Assembly: GCA_032718475.1 (NCBI GenBank)
Contig: JAUCBJ010008219.1
Coordinates: forward strand, 31,574 to 95,573
Direction: 5' to 3'
Source of the DNA: Nemertoderma westbladi
Taxonomy: Eukaryota > Animalia > Xenacoelomorpha
DNA: 64,000 nt
The notes beneath the pieces are model-generated. The model saw nothing but the letters and a program-made list of their open reading frames with translations, was not told the origin of the DNA and searched no databases. Shown here piece by piece: positions 13,101 through 26,400 of this stretch (its first letter is position 1; each line of letters starts with the position of its first letter). The translations under genes and the position numbers were made by a program.

Positions 13101-16100
13101 TAACACGAAACTCGGGATAGAATTGTCTCTAAACGATGTTGACCGCTGTCACAACCTCAGCCGATCCAATACTGTGTCAAGTAACAAGGGATCAAAGGAA
13201 CTCTGCATCGTTAAGTTCACGAACTATCGGTCAAAGGCTAAGGTAGTCACAAAGAGACGACTCCTTAAGGGAACCAATATCCTCATCACGGATAGTTTAA
13301 CAAAACAGCGTGGTGCTCTGCTTACTAAAGCGAAAGCTAAAGGCGGGCCACATTCCGCATGGAGCTCGGATGGAAGGATCTTGGTCGCTCGAACCAGTGG
13401 ATCACCGATGGTGATTTCGTGTCTTGCCGACATTGAAGCATGGGTACCTCCATCATCTAAAGCACCGTCGGTTGTACCCTACAAGCCGAAGGACCTGGGA
13501 AAGAATGCCACAACCAAGACCACACCCAATGCTGCAATGGTTGCTCCAGCTACATCCCCGACACGTTTGGAAAAACGTCAATCACAGACACCATCACTGG
13601 TCCAAGGAACTATCCCTAAGCACAAGAAGGGTAAAAAGTAAGTACATAGGTTCACATGACTAATGAACTTTTCATTATTTGTATGTATGTGTAATTAAAA
13701 TTATCATGGCTAAGAAGCCCTCTGAAAATGTGAAAAATAATATATGCACTGTATATCCTTGTGGTTCCTGTAATGTAACGGTAGGCAAAAACCAAATGGC
13801 CATTTGTTGTGATCACTGCAATAACTGGATACACCTAAAATGTATCTCGTCTAATTATTTGAGGTCTGACTACCGTTGTTTTCAAAACTCGAAATATTCC
13901 TGGTACTGTTCACACTGCATAGCTGCATCATTACCATTTCAGTGGATTGCAGATGAGGATGAATACAAATTAACAATTACAGACTATAGAATTCCAGGAA
14001 CAATAAATATTGAGGCTCTTGATAGTATATATTTTGAACCCTACAAAATTTCAGCTGATAATGAAAATGATTTCGATGGAGATATAAATCCAAATTTAAA
14101 CTTTACTGCTGACCACTCTGCTATCCGCAACTGTCAATATTATTTTTCAGACGACTTTAATAGTAAATATACCGGTACTACTAGTGTTGACAATGATATC
14201 TCAATGATTCATTTCAACTCACGCAGTCTGTGCTCGAGTTTTGAAAATATAACTTCATACCTTGATCAATTAGACGTTAAATTCAATTACATTGGAATTT
14301 CGGAGAGTTGGCTAAATGAACGGCGCCATGATCTTACAAAATATGACATCCCGGGTTACACTCCATTCTTTGACTGCCGCTCCGAAGAGTCTGGAGGCGG
14401 TATTGCACTCTATGTATCTGAAAATATATCAGCGGTACCCAGAAAGGACCTGAAAATCAAGCGATCAAATGACTATGATATGCAAATTCTATTCACTGAA
14501 ATTTCTCAACCTAAATCTAAAAATATTTTAATTGGTGTTATTTATCGGCCACCCGGTTTAGACATTCAAGATAGTATTGGAAAATTAAATGATGTTTTTA
14601 AAAAAATTACAGATGAAGGAAAAACATGTTACCTAATGGGAGATATTAATGTTGACTTGCTTAAAGCGGATTGTCATAACAACACCCGTGATTTCTTTAA
14701 CTTTCTAACGTCATTCAACTTCTCTCCCACTATTTCTAAACCAACACGAATCACTGAAACCTCATCCACCCTCATAGATAACATATTCACAAACTCCCCA
14801 GCTTCTGGTATGAACTCCGGTTAACTTATTGCCGCAATCACTGATCATCTTCCCGTGTTTTTGTTTGGTAATGCCATATCCACAAAATCAATACGAAACA
14901 AACATACCTACATTCTTAAACGGAAAATTACAACCCAAAAACTCAGGGATTTTAATGAGTGCCTGGGCAATGTGAGCTGGGAAGACGTATATGATACAAT
15001 AGATGCTACACCCCATGAAGCCTATAATGTGTTTCTAAACAATTATAGCATTCAATACAATACATTTTTTCCTCTCCAACGCATAAAAGTATCAAACTCA
15101 TTAACTCCATGGATCACTGAAAGTATAATACGATGTGTAAACAAAAAAGACAGATTATATCTCATCCATATTACAAATCCTTCTCCTGAACATACTCTAA
15201 AATTTAAAAAATACCAACACGCACTTAAAACCATTATCAGGAAAGCAAAATATGACTACATGAATAAGGCTCTTGATTTAAATACCAATAGTCTGAAGAA
15301 AATATGGACATCTATAAACCTACTAATTAATAAACGAAATAAAAATCCAGCCCCATCACTAATATTCCATAATAAAAAAGCCATCACCAACCCAACAAAG
15401 ATTGCTGCTGTGTTTAATGACTATTATAGTAAAGTAGGTAGTAAACTTGACTCAGAAATCCCTATCCATGACTGCTCACCATTAGACTACCTCACTAATA
15501 CCATGATACCACACCGCCTAAGGGATTTCACCGCAGTCACAGAACAGCAGTTAATTGAAATCACAAAAAAACTGAATCACAAAGCTGGTGCAGGGTGCGA
15601 TGGATTAGGTGCCAAGGTAATAATACCCACGATTAAGAACATTGCTAAGCCTCTAACCTTCATTATAAACTTTTCCCTGGCTACCGGCATTGTCCCAGAT
15701 ATCATGAAAATTGCCCGAGTGATTCCAGTGTTTAAATCTGGAGATTCTACTATCCCTATAAACTACCGGCCTATATCAGTCCTACCTTTCTTCTCAAAAC
15801 TAATAGAAAAGGTTGCATACGAACAACTTCTTGTGTATATAACTAAACAAGCAGTCCTTACACCCGACCAATTCGGATTCCGAAACAACAGATCCACCCA
15901 ATATGCATTACTCAGTGTATTAGACTATATAACTGAAGCCTTAGACAACCACAAAATGACCCTGGGTATCTCAATCGACCTATCAAAGGCCTTCGACACT
16001 GTGAATCACTCTATCCTCATTGACAAATTGAATCATTATGGAGTCACGGGTGTCCCTCTTGCTTGGTTCACTAATTACCTATGCAATCGCCAGCAATACG

Positions 16101-19100
16101 TTGAAATCAATGGTGCTAAATCAGATCTGTGTACCCTGACCCACGGCGTACCCCAGGGCTCAATACTGGGTCCTCTGCTGTTCATAATATATGTCAATGA
16201 CCTGGTAAATGTATCCAAACTATTTAAACATATCCTTTTTGCAGATGATACGAATTTGCTTTTATCAGGTTCAGACATAAATAACATTATTAATACCTCT
16301 AACACTGAACTGGACAAACTAACAAAATGGTTTCAAATAAATAGACTGTCACTGAATGTGGACAAAACCAATTATATTATATTCTATCAGACTAATATAA
16401 AAAATTATAATACCGATACACAAAAAGTAACTATAAATGGGAAAATAATAAAACAAAAACAATGTATAAAATTCCTAGGCGTTCTAATCGACGAAAATTT
16501 AACTTGGAAAGATCACATATCCCACATACACACCAAAGTAAGTAGGAATGTAGGAATCATAAATAGAATTAAATCATTCTCACCAACCCCAGTTCTCACT
16601 AAATTATATTACTCACTGATAGAACCTTATTTTAATTACTGCATCTCTGTTTGGGGCCAAGCGTTAATGCAATCAAGTTCGGATACAGCTACACAGACTT
16701 CGAGTAAATATAAGGGTCCCCGCCGACGTAGACGCAAACCTAAAAACCAAACAATGAGCATCCGTAAATTACATAACCTACAACAACGCGCATTTAAAAT
16801 AATTAAATACCACAACCCAACGTTTAACCCACACTGCATACGTTCTCTTTACATTTCACAAGTAGGTGCAATCTGTTTCAAGTACATCAATGGATTACTC
16901 CCGAAGGATATTTTTCCACATCTTTTGACTCCGGTAAACCAAATTCACTATCATCAAACCCGTGGATCGTCTCAGAATAAATGCTTCATTGTTAGACATA
17001 GGTTAAAATTACGAAACAATTCCATATTTATACAAGCCCCACACATATGGAATTCTCTGCCTGCTGATGCACGACGGGCCGCTTCTTTTAACTCGTTTAA
17101 ACAAAAACTTTCAGTGCATCTATTAAAATAATTAAATTGTAGTATTACTTAATAGTTACTTTCGTTTAGTTTATAGTTTATATAATATCCATTACATTGT
17201 TTAACAGGTCTTTAAAATAAATGATGTACCCTATCTTGTTGATGTAAGTACGTAAGTAGTTTGTTTATATTAGTTTAGATTAGGTGGATTATATTATGTA
17301 CCCATCTTATAACTGTACTGTATATGCCCCCAACACATATATTTATGTGCCCATCTTTATATCTGTGTGTATATGCCCCCAAGAGTTTTTTTTTTTTTTG
17401 TTTTGTATTTGTTTTTACAGAATCTATATCTTAAAGTACTTCGGTTTATACCTACGAAATTGTTTTATACTTAATGCAATATATTAGAATTACTGTCAAT
17501 ATTACAATACTTAATTAGGCCTAATGTAGTTAATAATAAATAAATTAATCGCTGTGTTACTGGTGCCTGAAATAATGGGACTACCCGTCCAGGTACCAGC
17601 TACACGTAGAGTACATTATGTGCATGCATATATTATATACAATAGTTATCAATTTATTTAGTACAAATTTGCTCTATATCTGTGTAGAAATTGTTAATAA
17701 ATCTTATCTTATCTTATCTTATCTTACATTTGCTCCTTATGGTAGTGGAAGATCTACAGGATTGTCAGGACATATCAGTCGTCGGTCATCGAGTTCGAGT
17801 GGTAATCGAAGGACATTACCGACAGTGTCAACTAGTGGTAGTCGATCAAGTGGTAGGCCGCGTTCCTCCTCTGTAACGAAGTCAGTCATTGTTATCAAAA
17901 CAGAAGAAGGCGATACTCGAGTTTGTAAAGATACCATTATTAAACAATGCATGGTAACATATACTGACAATTCCACTCAAGAAGAAGTGCGGTCAGTAAT
18001 TATGAATTCATTATTAGCACCACCGTCATGCAATTCTGACTTTGAGTTTATTAAAGTTTTCAATAAATCAATTCTACCCCTATCTGTGTCTGATAACTTT
18101 ATATTTAATGGCCAGGCACTTAAATCGATTTATCCTAGAGATAAACCAATATATGTTCGGATTGAAAATAGAAGCAGCAATGAGTCCACTGTTATAGTCC
18201 CAACTACGATTTCCGAGAATGATACATTACCAACAACATTTTTGCAGGGGCAGGCAACCGTTGCGGAACATATCCCAATAACTTCCCCGCAAGTCATTAA
18301 TAGAGAAGCCATACAAATATATTATGATTCCATGTTAGTGGACGACTCTTCCGATGATGAATGTAATGAGAGAGACATGAATATAGCTCCATCCGGCAAT
18401 ATGGAAGGCATTATTGATGATGCACGCAATTGGAAATTAAGAAAGGAAGACTTGGCTGTTTTGAAGAATTTGCAGCATTACTATGAGTACGACGACACAA
18501 TGCCAGGATACATAGATGTCGATCTTCTGCAAAAGATATTAATCCGCAGGAGAAAACTAATGGATGATGTAATAGAAAAGGTGCATAATCTTAACCCTGG
18601 AGAGGGTATTGTGGTAACATTTTCACGAGAGTCCGGTTGCGACCAAGGTGGCCTACGTCGTGATATGTTTGGAACATTTATTAATGCTTTAAGTAATTCC
18701 GCTCTGTTTTCGAATATTGATGGATTAATAATACCCTCCGTAGCTGATATATCTAAGGTGGCCAATGGTCAATTTAGGGCATTAGGAAAAGTGTTGGCTA
18801 TTGCAATTATACATGGCGAGCTTGTTATTGGCATAATTCACCCTTTAGTTGGGCGATATATTGCATATAATGGCCAGGATGTTGGTTGTCTAGAATTTCT
18901 AGAATTGATTCACGAAGTTCCGGAAGTAATTACCAATTTGTTACAAGGAAACATCACAGACGAATTGCGATACAAGTCCTCCGAAATGGGATTGATTATG
19001 ATTGAAGCGAATATTACTCGCAGTGATTTAAGTCTGCGTAAGTTTGCAGAGTTGTTTCTGAAGTCGTTACTAATATTCAATAAAGGCGCTATAGATTCTC

Positions 19101-22100
19101 TGAAAGAAGGAATTCTGCCAATTCTGTCCACAAAAGATTTTCCAAGTCACCTTATCTATAAAGTCCTTTCTTGTTCCCCGGAAATAATGGTTTCCAAAAT
19201 TTGGCGTGAAGCTGAATTCTTGGATCCTCTACAACCAGGCTCAAACGGTTACGAAAGGGAAGATGATATTTCATTTTGGTTTGGCACCTCATTTCAATGT
19301 TTAGATGACTGTGGCTCATTAGTTTGGGAACAACACACATTGACCAAATCTAATATTCTTCACTGGCTATGTGGCTCATCCCGGCCGACTATGGTCCCAA
19401 AACTAACTGTTTTATTTAAGTACTGCAAAGAAAATAATTGTAAATGTTATCTTACTTATTCCACGTGTGCAATGCAACTCACCATCCCTATTCATATCGA
19501 TTCTGAACAAGAAGTGAAGCGGCTTTTAGTTGAATCCTATTTCGCTTCTGGGGCAGGCTTTGGCCGGTGTTAAAAAATCAGACAATTATTAATTAATTAG
19601 CATCTCGTTATTGCAATTTTCCATATCATTTTTAATTCTAGAATTTAATTCTTTTAATTTTAGAATTCAAACTTTTGAATTGTTTAATCGATAACCAAGT
19701 AGGCCTATATTATTAGTGTACTTTAGTTATTAGTAGATAACATTTTATGTTGTTGAGTTTTGTTCTGTGAAATTTGAGGTGTTATAGTAAACTTAGCATC
19801 CTTATACAATGTGTATATTGCGCTGTGGGCAGTAATAAAATATGTCACCTGTTTAAATAATATCACACCAACTTCACCATTTTCATTGTTACAACATTGG
19901 GATTGAATGGATATCCACAACCAATCATCCCCCTTAATAATTTAAGTTAATTGAAATTGACATATTAATTTATTAACTTTACTTTTTTAATTTAATATCA
20001 AGATGAAGGCTCCTTACGTTTTAGGCCCGTGTGTTCCTATTAATTGTACTTTATGCTTATCCAATCTTCGCCCAATAATTACCAATTATTGGAAAGGAAC
20101 AGGTTATAGTGGGATGCATTTCTAACCAAAACAATAAACGTGAGTCAATAGCACAGGTTAAACTTCCATAATCAATTTTGATTGATAATCATCAATCATC
20201 AATTAAAAGTATTAGTTAAATAGGGAACAGTTCCGTATGTGCCAACATTTTCGTTGTTTTTTTTTCAACAAATTTTCATGCTTTTTTAAGGGAGAAGTTT
20301 GCCGCGTCCCTCTTACTTACATTTATACCCGTCCGTCCCATAAGGTAATAACAGAAAATTGGTTGCGAAATAGCTGGAAATAATATAAAATTATTATAAA
20401 CTAAAAATCGATACAAAAAATAACTAGTATCGTTATTCTTTATAATTAAATACAAATTGCTTGCAATATAAATAGCAGTCAACACCGTATTTATTATCGT
20501 AATTATCAGACCCAAATCGGTGATTGATTTCACTGAGTAACTGTCTTACAGATTCTTCGGATATAGGACGTTCAATATTGGTAACATCAACAACTGTCTC
20601 TTGATCCTCAACAATCGGACCTGACCAATCTACTCCGTAATTATCTAGGTTTATATTGTTCAGCTCATCTGGTACGTTGTCGATGTCACAAGTCGATGTT
20701 AATCGGCTATTGATGAAAATCTTCTGGGGGGTCCAGTAGCGTTCAGTGCGTAACCCATGTGCATTCCAACCAATTACAAATCTTTCTAGAGCCGCGTTTA
20801 TTTGTTTCTTGTAAGTAATATGCAAACAATATATATCATCGACAGAGGAGGGATCTAAATGGGAGTTGTCTTCTAGCCAAAAAAACAGCTCATAATAAAC
20901 AATAACAACTGTACGGAATACATCTCTCCATAAGCGTTCTATCCTTTGATTGTGAGTACTTTTCCCTGCAATAAAGCTTCCTCGATTTGTGCCTCGATGA
21001 CTTATCATATATTCGGCGACCAGTCTATTTTCCCATCCCTTATCTCCTCTCACCCTTGAAGGGAGGCCGTATTTCCTAACTGCTTCCTCGAACAATGGCA
21101 AAACAGTTGCAGCACAGTTGTTACCCGATGCATAAAGGTATGTAATCAGACGGGAAAATCCATCAACCCCACCTAGTACAGTCAAATTAGCGAAAACATT
21201 CAATTGTAAACAATCATGAAATTTCGGTTTCCATCAACATTGAAATTTTAAAATTCCATCAACATTTAATATTCTAGAATATATATAATATCATAACAGG
21301 GCCTATATTACCTATTTTGCTATTTCACTTCAGCTTTAGTTATTGATCCGAGATATTAATGTTTTTTTTTAAAGTGGCTTTCAACAACAAAAAAAACTAC
21401 AAAAGTCGTGGCTAAAATAACATTTTTTTGTTTTTTTTCGCTTTTTCGAAAGTACTAACCATGTATTACGAAGTTCCACCTTATAAGGCTATGATGGCCA
21501 TCGATGTGCCATAAAGAATTGGCACCCTTTACATTATATCGTCGTCGGACCACAAGCGCTCGCCACCTTGCTGCTGATAAAATGGGGTCGATTTCCCTTA
21601 AGACACGATGAACATGTCGAAGCGCGATGAACATATTTTGACTTCGTAGCATGGCATACACGAATCTACATCCCGCATAAGGGAATTGTTGATGAATTTC
21701 ACCAATAACTTCTTTAATTTGGTTTTCATTCTCTAACGTATTGCGATACAAGTTTCGAACTCCCAAACCAAATTGACGAACTCGGTCCATAATAGTTGAT
21801 CGACTCACTCCAAATATCGCAGCAATCTGAGTCCAGTTAAATCCCGCCTCTTTGAGGTATTCAAGTTGAGACTTAGTTACGTCGTATCTTGGTCTCCCCG
21901 TATTGTCAGGTCCCGGACCATTATGTGTGAGAACATGATTAAACAAAGAAGTACAATCAGGACTGACCCTTATGTACAAGTTGGCGATACGAACTTGTAG
22001 GTATTGAACATATGTCAGATACTCAACAATTGCTGAATCATGAGCTGTCAAATTATTAGATTCCTTTATCATAGTTAAGCAATTACATATATTGGTGAGT

Positions 22101-23432
22101 TTAGCTAATAGGTACTCCTTGAATTCGTCATTAATTAATTGAGGTGAGTAATCAGGTTTTAAAACACGTTCGCATTCGGTTATGATATGTTCCAAATGGT
22201 TGACAAATATACTTGCCGGAGTTTCCATGATAAACAATAAAAACTAAACAACTATAAAGTGGCAATGATGAAATCAATTTTACAATATAAAAACAACAAT
22301 TTAAATAACCTTAATTATAATAAAATAGCAAAATAATAATCCTAACAAATATTAAAAGGGTTTTTTAAATACATAAAAATTATGTCATTCGTGATTGGCT
22401 AAAACATGGGTGACATATTTTCAAAGATGAGGCGCAAATTCGCGATTGGCTAAAAGATGGGTGGCAATTATTCGAAGATGAGGCGCAAATTCGTGATTGG
22501 TTAAAAGATGGGTGACACTTATTCGAAGATGAGGCGCAAATTCGTGATTGGTTAAAAGATGGGTGACAATTATTAAAAGATGAGGCGCAAATTCGCGATT
22601 GGCTAAAATATGAGTACAAAATTGCAAGGTTTTCCGAATTAATGGTGTACTCATTTTAAAATGAGAACATAATTCTTTGAATTAGTGACTCTTATAAAAA
22701 TATGAGTACAAAATTAAAGGATTTTCCGAATTAATGGTGTACTCATTTTAAAATGAGAACATAATTCTTTGAATTAGTGACTCTTATAAAAATATGAGTA
22801 CAAAATTGCAAAATTTTCCGAATTAATGGTGTACTCATTTTAAAATGAGAACATAATTCTTTGAATTAGAGACTCTTATAAAAATATGAGTACAAAATTA
22901 TTTTCCTTAAAAAATATGAGTAAATAATAAAATGGGGTTTTAATACTAAAAGTATGCCATAGGGGGGGGGGGGGTTGTCTTAGACCCCCAAAACTCCCGC
23001 TTCGGATTGCATTGTTGCCCAGCTACGTATTGGATAAAGCTAATATTCTATAGAATATTGTATATTTATTACATAGAATAAAATGATGGCCTGCAGCGGA
23101 AGCAAATACAATAGGCCTACTGTACATGCAACATTCGAATGCCCATTGCCCATATCTCAGCGGTTTCCCAACCATATTCGAATGTTTTTACATATTTGGA
23201 ATCCTTGAATGGCAAGACAGGTGCGGGGGGGGGGACTGGACGCAAATCCTTAATATCCTGCCTCAATGTTCAATTCTCAATTTAGGGAAAGGAGCAGGTT
23301 ACAGTGGCACGATATTTTAACCAAAACAATAAACTAAACACAATAGAACAGGTTACAATTTTATTTATGAGAGTATTCAGCTGTTATTTGCGCCGGATTT
23401 CCCCTGGAGAAGGATAAATTATTATTCCGTCC

Positions 23433-23463
<31 letters not shown>

Positions 23464-26400
23464 ATCTGTGAATGGCCAGCTTTCCACTAAAGTAGTACCA
23501 ACATATCACGAAGATGAAGAATAACTGCGTTACGACTGGTACAAGATCGACGGAGACACCTTTTTTTTAAACGCTTGTAGCTAAACAATTAAAGCAAAAA
23601 TAAAAATTCTGGCTCACCCTATGTAGGAGGGAGATCTCATTAAGATTTGTAGAAAAATTGTGGGGGTTGGGGTACCTTAATTACGTCACTACAGTATATT
23701 CCAGGACATGGTTTGTGGACCTAACTTTGGTTCAAAGCACATTGGGTGTGTGTGACATCGAACACTGTAATATTGTCAATTAACTTGAACGAATAAGCGA
23801 GACAACCTTTTTATTTAAGACACAATAAGGTGCACTGTAGGCCTACTTTTGTGTGTCAACCAAATTGCAGATGGGGGGGGGGGACTGGACGCTGTTAGTG
23901 ATGTAATCCCAAACAAATATACGAGAATAACCGATGTGATGCAATAAATGACACGATTATGAGAGTAACAACCAGAGATGACTTATTGGCTATAGCGTGA
24001 GTGATGGTATGACATGGTTACAAAACCATCTAAAAGGTGTGAATGCATATTAGAATGTTAAATATGTATCAGCAGAACGAACAATGATGCAATAACCTAC
24101 AGTGGGAATGCAATAATACAGTAAGGACAATGCATTTGGTTTTTACAGTAGTTACTATAGAAGGGGACCATTAGTACATAGGGGAAATATCAGGTAACTC
24201 ACGGTGTTGTGTCCAGTATTACTTAGGCCATGGCCTATGATATAGGATTAGGATTACCGGTATGCACATACTACAGTACTATGTCAGTACGGCAGTACAC
24301 TGTAGTACTTGTGTACACTGGTACGACTGCACAATGTATAGAGCAATATATATCATATCTATGTAATGATGGAACGGTTCTGCCAGTCCAATCTAACCAG
24401 ACTGCCGTCAAACCGGTAGCCGGCCTATATATTCAAATCAGTCTAATATACGCTACGCGTATATCACACATACCCCTTAATAGTGGGGGGTTGATTGTGT
24501 GAGTGTACATTATATTACTATTTATAACATGTTACTAGTTAAATGTTAATAGTAAATGTCCCATTGTGTAGGGCTAATTGGATTGTTTACTATAGTCACT
24601 ATTCGCATAGCGCGATGGGGGCCTGACTGCCCTCCCAGACCTGGAGGTGTAGGGTGCTTCTGGCATCGAGACCGAGCCGTCTGGTGTTGGTTGGCTGTGG
24701 TCTGCGACTGGCGGGGTGGTGGTTGGGTGCCCCGCAATGTGTGCCCAAGTTGGTCGCGGCAGGGCTGGTGAGGTCGGTGTCGTGCGTACGGGTAACGGTG
24801 GCTGTGGCATCGGAGTGGGTTGTTGCGGTGGTTGGCCGCTGGGGGGCGCTGCAAAATTCCGGACCCGGAGGAGGACGCGGTTGCGCCGGACGGTACGACC
24901 GCTTTCTTGGCGCACGAGATAATCGTGGTTGGGGAGGACCTCCACCACGGTGCCATAGCCTGTCCAACGCTTGGTCGCTGGGTCCTGAATGAGGGCTGGT
25001 TGGCCAATGGAGAGCGCGCGTAGGGGGCGTGTGTGGCAGTCGTAATTGGCGCGCAGCTCGGCTGAGTTTTCGGCGGCGATTTCGTCGAGCTCCCGAAAAG
25101 TGCGGCGCCATTTTGGGTCGAACGATGAGAAGTGGGCGGGGAGGGCCTCGCGGATGTTCCTCCCGTACAGGAGTTCCGCTGGGGACCGGCCGCCGTAACG
25201 TGGTGTATTCCGGAATGCGAGGACGCCCTGTGTGATGCCGTCAGAGTCGTGGTTAGCGCCCCGGATAATTTTCTTCATGGCCTTCACGGCCGCCTCCGCT
25301 CGTCCGTTTGTACGAGGTAGGTGGGGGCTGGATGGCTCCAGACGTACTCCCCAGCGCTGGAGGAACTGGCGCACCGCGTCCGACACGAGTTGCGGGCCGC
25401 CATCTGGGTGTAGGATGGTTGGAACGGCGGTGGCGAGGAAGAGACGTCGGAGGCAGGGAATAATCGCCCCCGATGTGGTGTCCGCGCCGAGGCGAAATAG
25501 TGTGGGCCAGCCCGTGTACTCGTCCGTGCAGACGAGGTAGTTCACGGCGGTCACTACGCAGAGGTCCACGTGGACGCGCTGGAACGGTCGGGTGGCGTCT
25601 GGGTTGTGTTGCAGTGGCTCGGGGGCGTGGGATGGGAGGACTGTCTGACACGACTGGCAGCGTTCGACAGCCTGTTTCACATCATTCGCGATGGTGGGCC
25701 ACCAGACTGCCCGGTTGGCCCGTTCCCGAGTTTTGTTAAGGCCCTGGTGCGAGGCATGGAGTTGGCTGAGTGTATTGGCCCGCATCTCAGTTGGTATGTA
25801 TAGTTGGGGACCACGTAGTATGAGCCCGTCTTGGGCCATCAGGTCACACCTGAACTGGTAATAGGGGCGGACCCAGTCGTTGGTGACGTCGTGTTTTGAC
25901 GTGGGCCAGCCCTCGGTGATGGTGGCGAGGAGGGCGCGGTATGTCGGGTCGCGTTGTCCCGCCTCACGAATTTCCTGGAGACGGGCGTCCCGGGAGTCGA
26001 GGGTTGGGATCGCGCCGATGGCCGCATTTATTATGTATTCGCGGTCCGTCTCGTCTTCCTGGGTCAGGATTAAGTCGGTGGGGACCGGGGGGTGGATTGC
26101 GGCCCGGGAGAAGGCATCAGCAACCACGTGTTTAGCCCCCCTCTGGTGTCGGGCGGTGAAGGAGAACCGTGATAAAGCCGTTTTGAGTTTTAATAACCGG
26201 TCATTCGTGACTTGATCCAACCGTCGCTCGTTTAGAATCGGTATCAGGGGGCTGCAGTCGGTTACGAGATCGAAATGACGGAGGCCGTCGAGAAAGTAGC
26301 GGCACTTGTGGGCCGCCCATGCCGCCCCGAGGGCCTCCAGCTCGGCCATCCCGGACCAGTTGGCCTCGTGTTTGGCGAGGGTCCGGGAGCCGCACTGGAC

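Larger units (their letters stand above)
12483..17728 (+). mobile_element. Full-length CR1-group (L2/Crack/Daphne-like) non-LTR retrotransposon
   Basis: ORF1 plus PHD-APE-RT ORF2; 3' AATAAA followed by an (ATCTT)5 tail; TACA at both junctions (12479-12482, 17725-17728). Confidence 0.9.
12216..19573 (+). pseudogene. HECT E3 ubiquitin ligase-like cargo gene with N-terminal Cys cluster (about 703 aa reconstructed: 12216-12482 + 17729-19573), interrupted by a LINE
   Basis: Removing the LINE gives in-frame ELNAT|FAPYGSG. HECT-like motifs: [29 protein letters not shown], catalytic-type [12 protein letters not shown]-terminal GFGRC. N-terminus [17 protein letters not shown]. Confidence 0.8.
10937..22961. 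mobile_element. Autonomous-type DDE DNA transposon (IS3EU-like) carrying a transposase and a HECT-domain gene
   Basis: Near-perfect TIRs TATGGCATACTTTTAGTATTAAAACCCCATTTTATTATT... at both ends, about 570 bp long, flanked by poly-G on both sides; two convergent internal genes. Confidence 0.85.

Noticed and set aside
14822-14824. Programmed readthrough in LINE ORF2, or at the outer Gypsy stops (30219, 31918)
   Set aside because: The stops fall inside conserved domains and are each one substitution from a sense codon, so they are better explained as decay.
20276-20533. Hydrophobic 85-aa ORF as a third transposon gene
   Set aside because: Overlaps the transposase 3' end in AT-rich sequence, starts at a non-ATG codon and has no recognisable motif.
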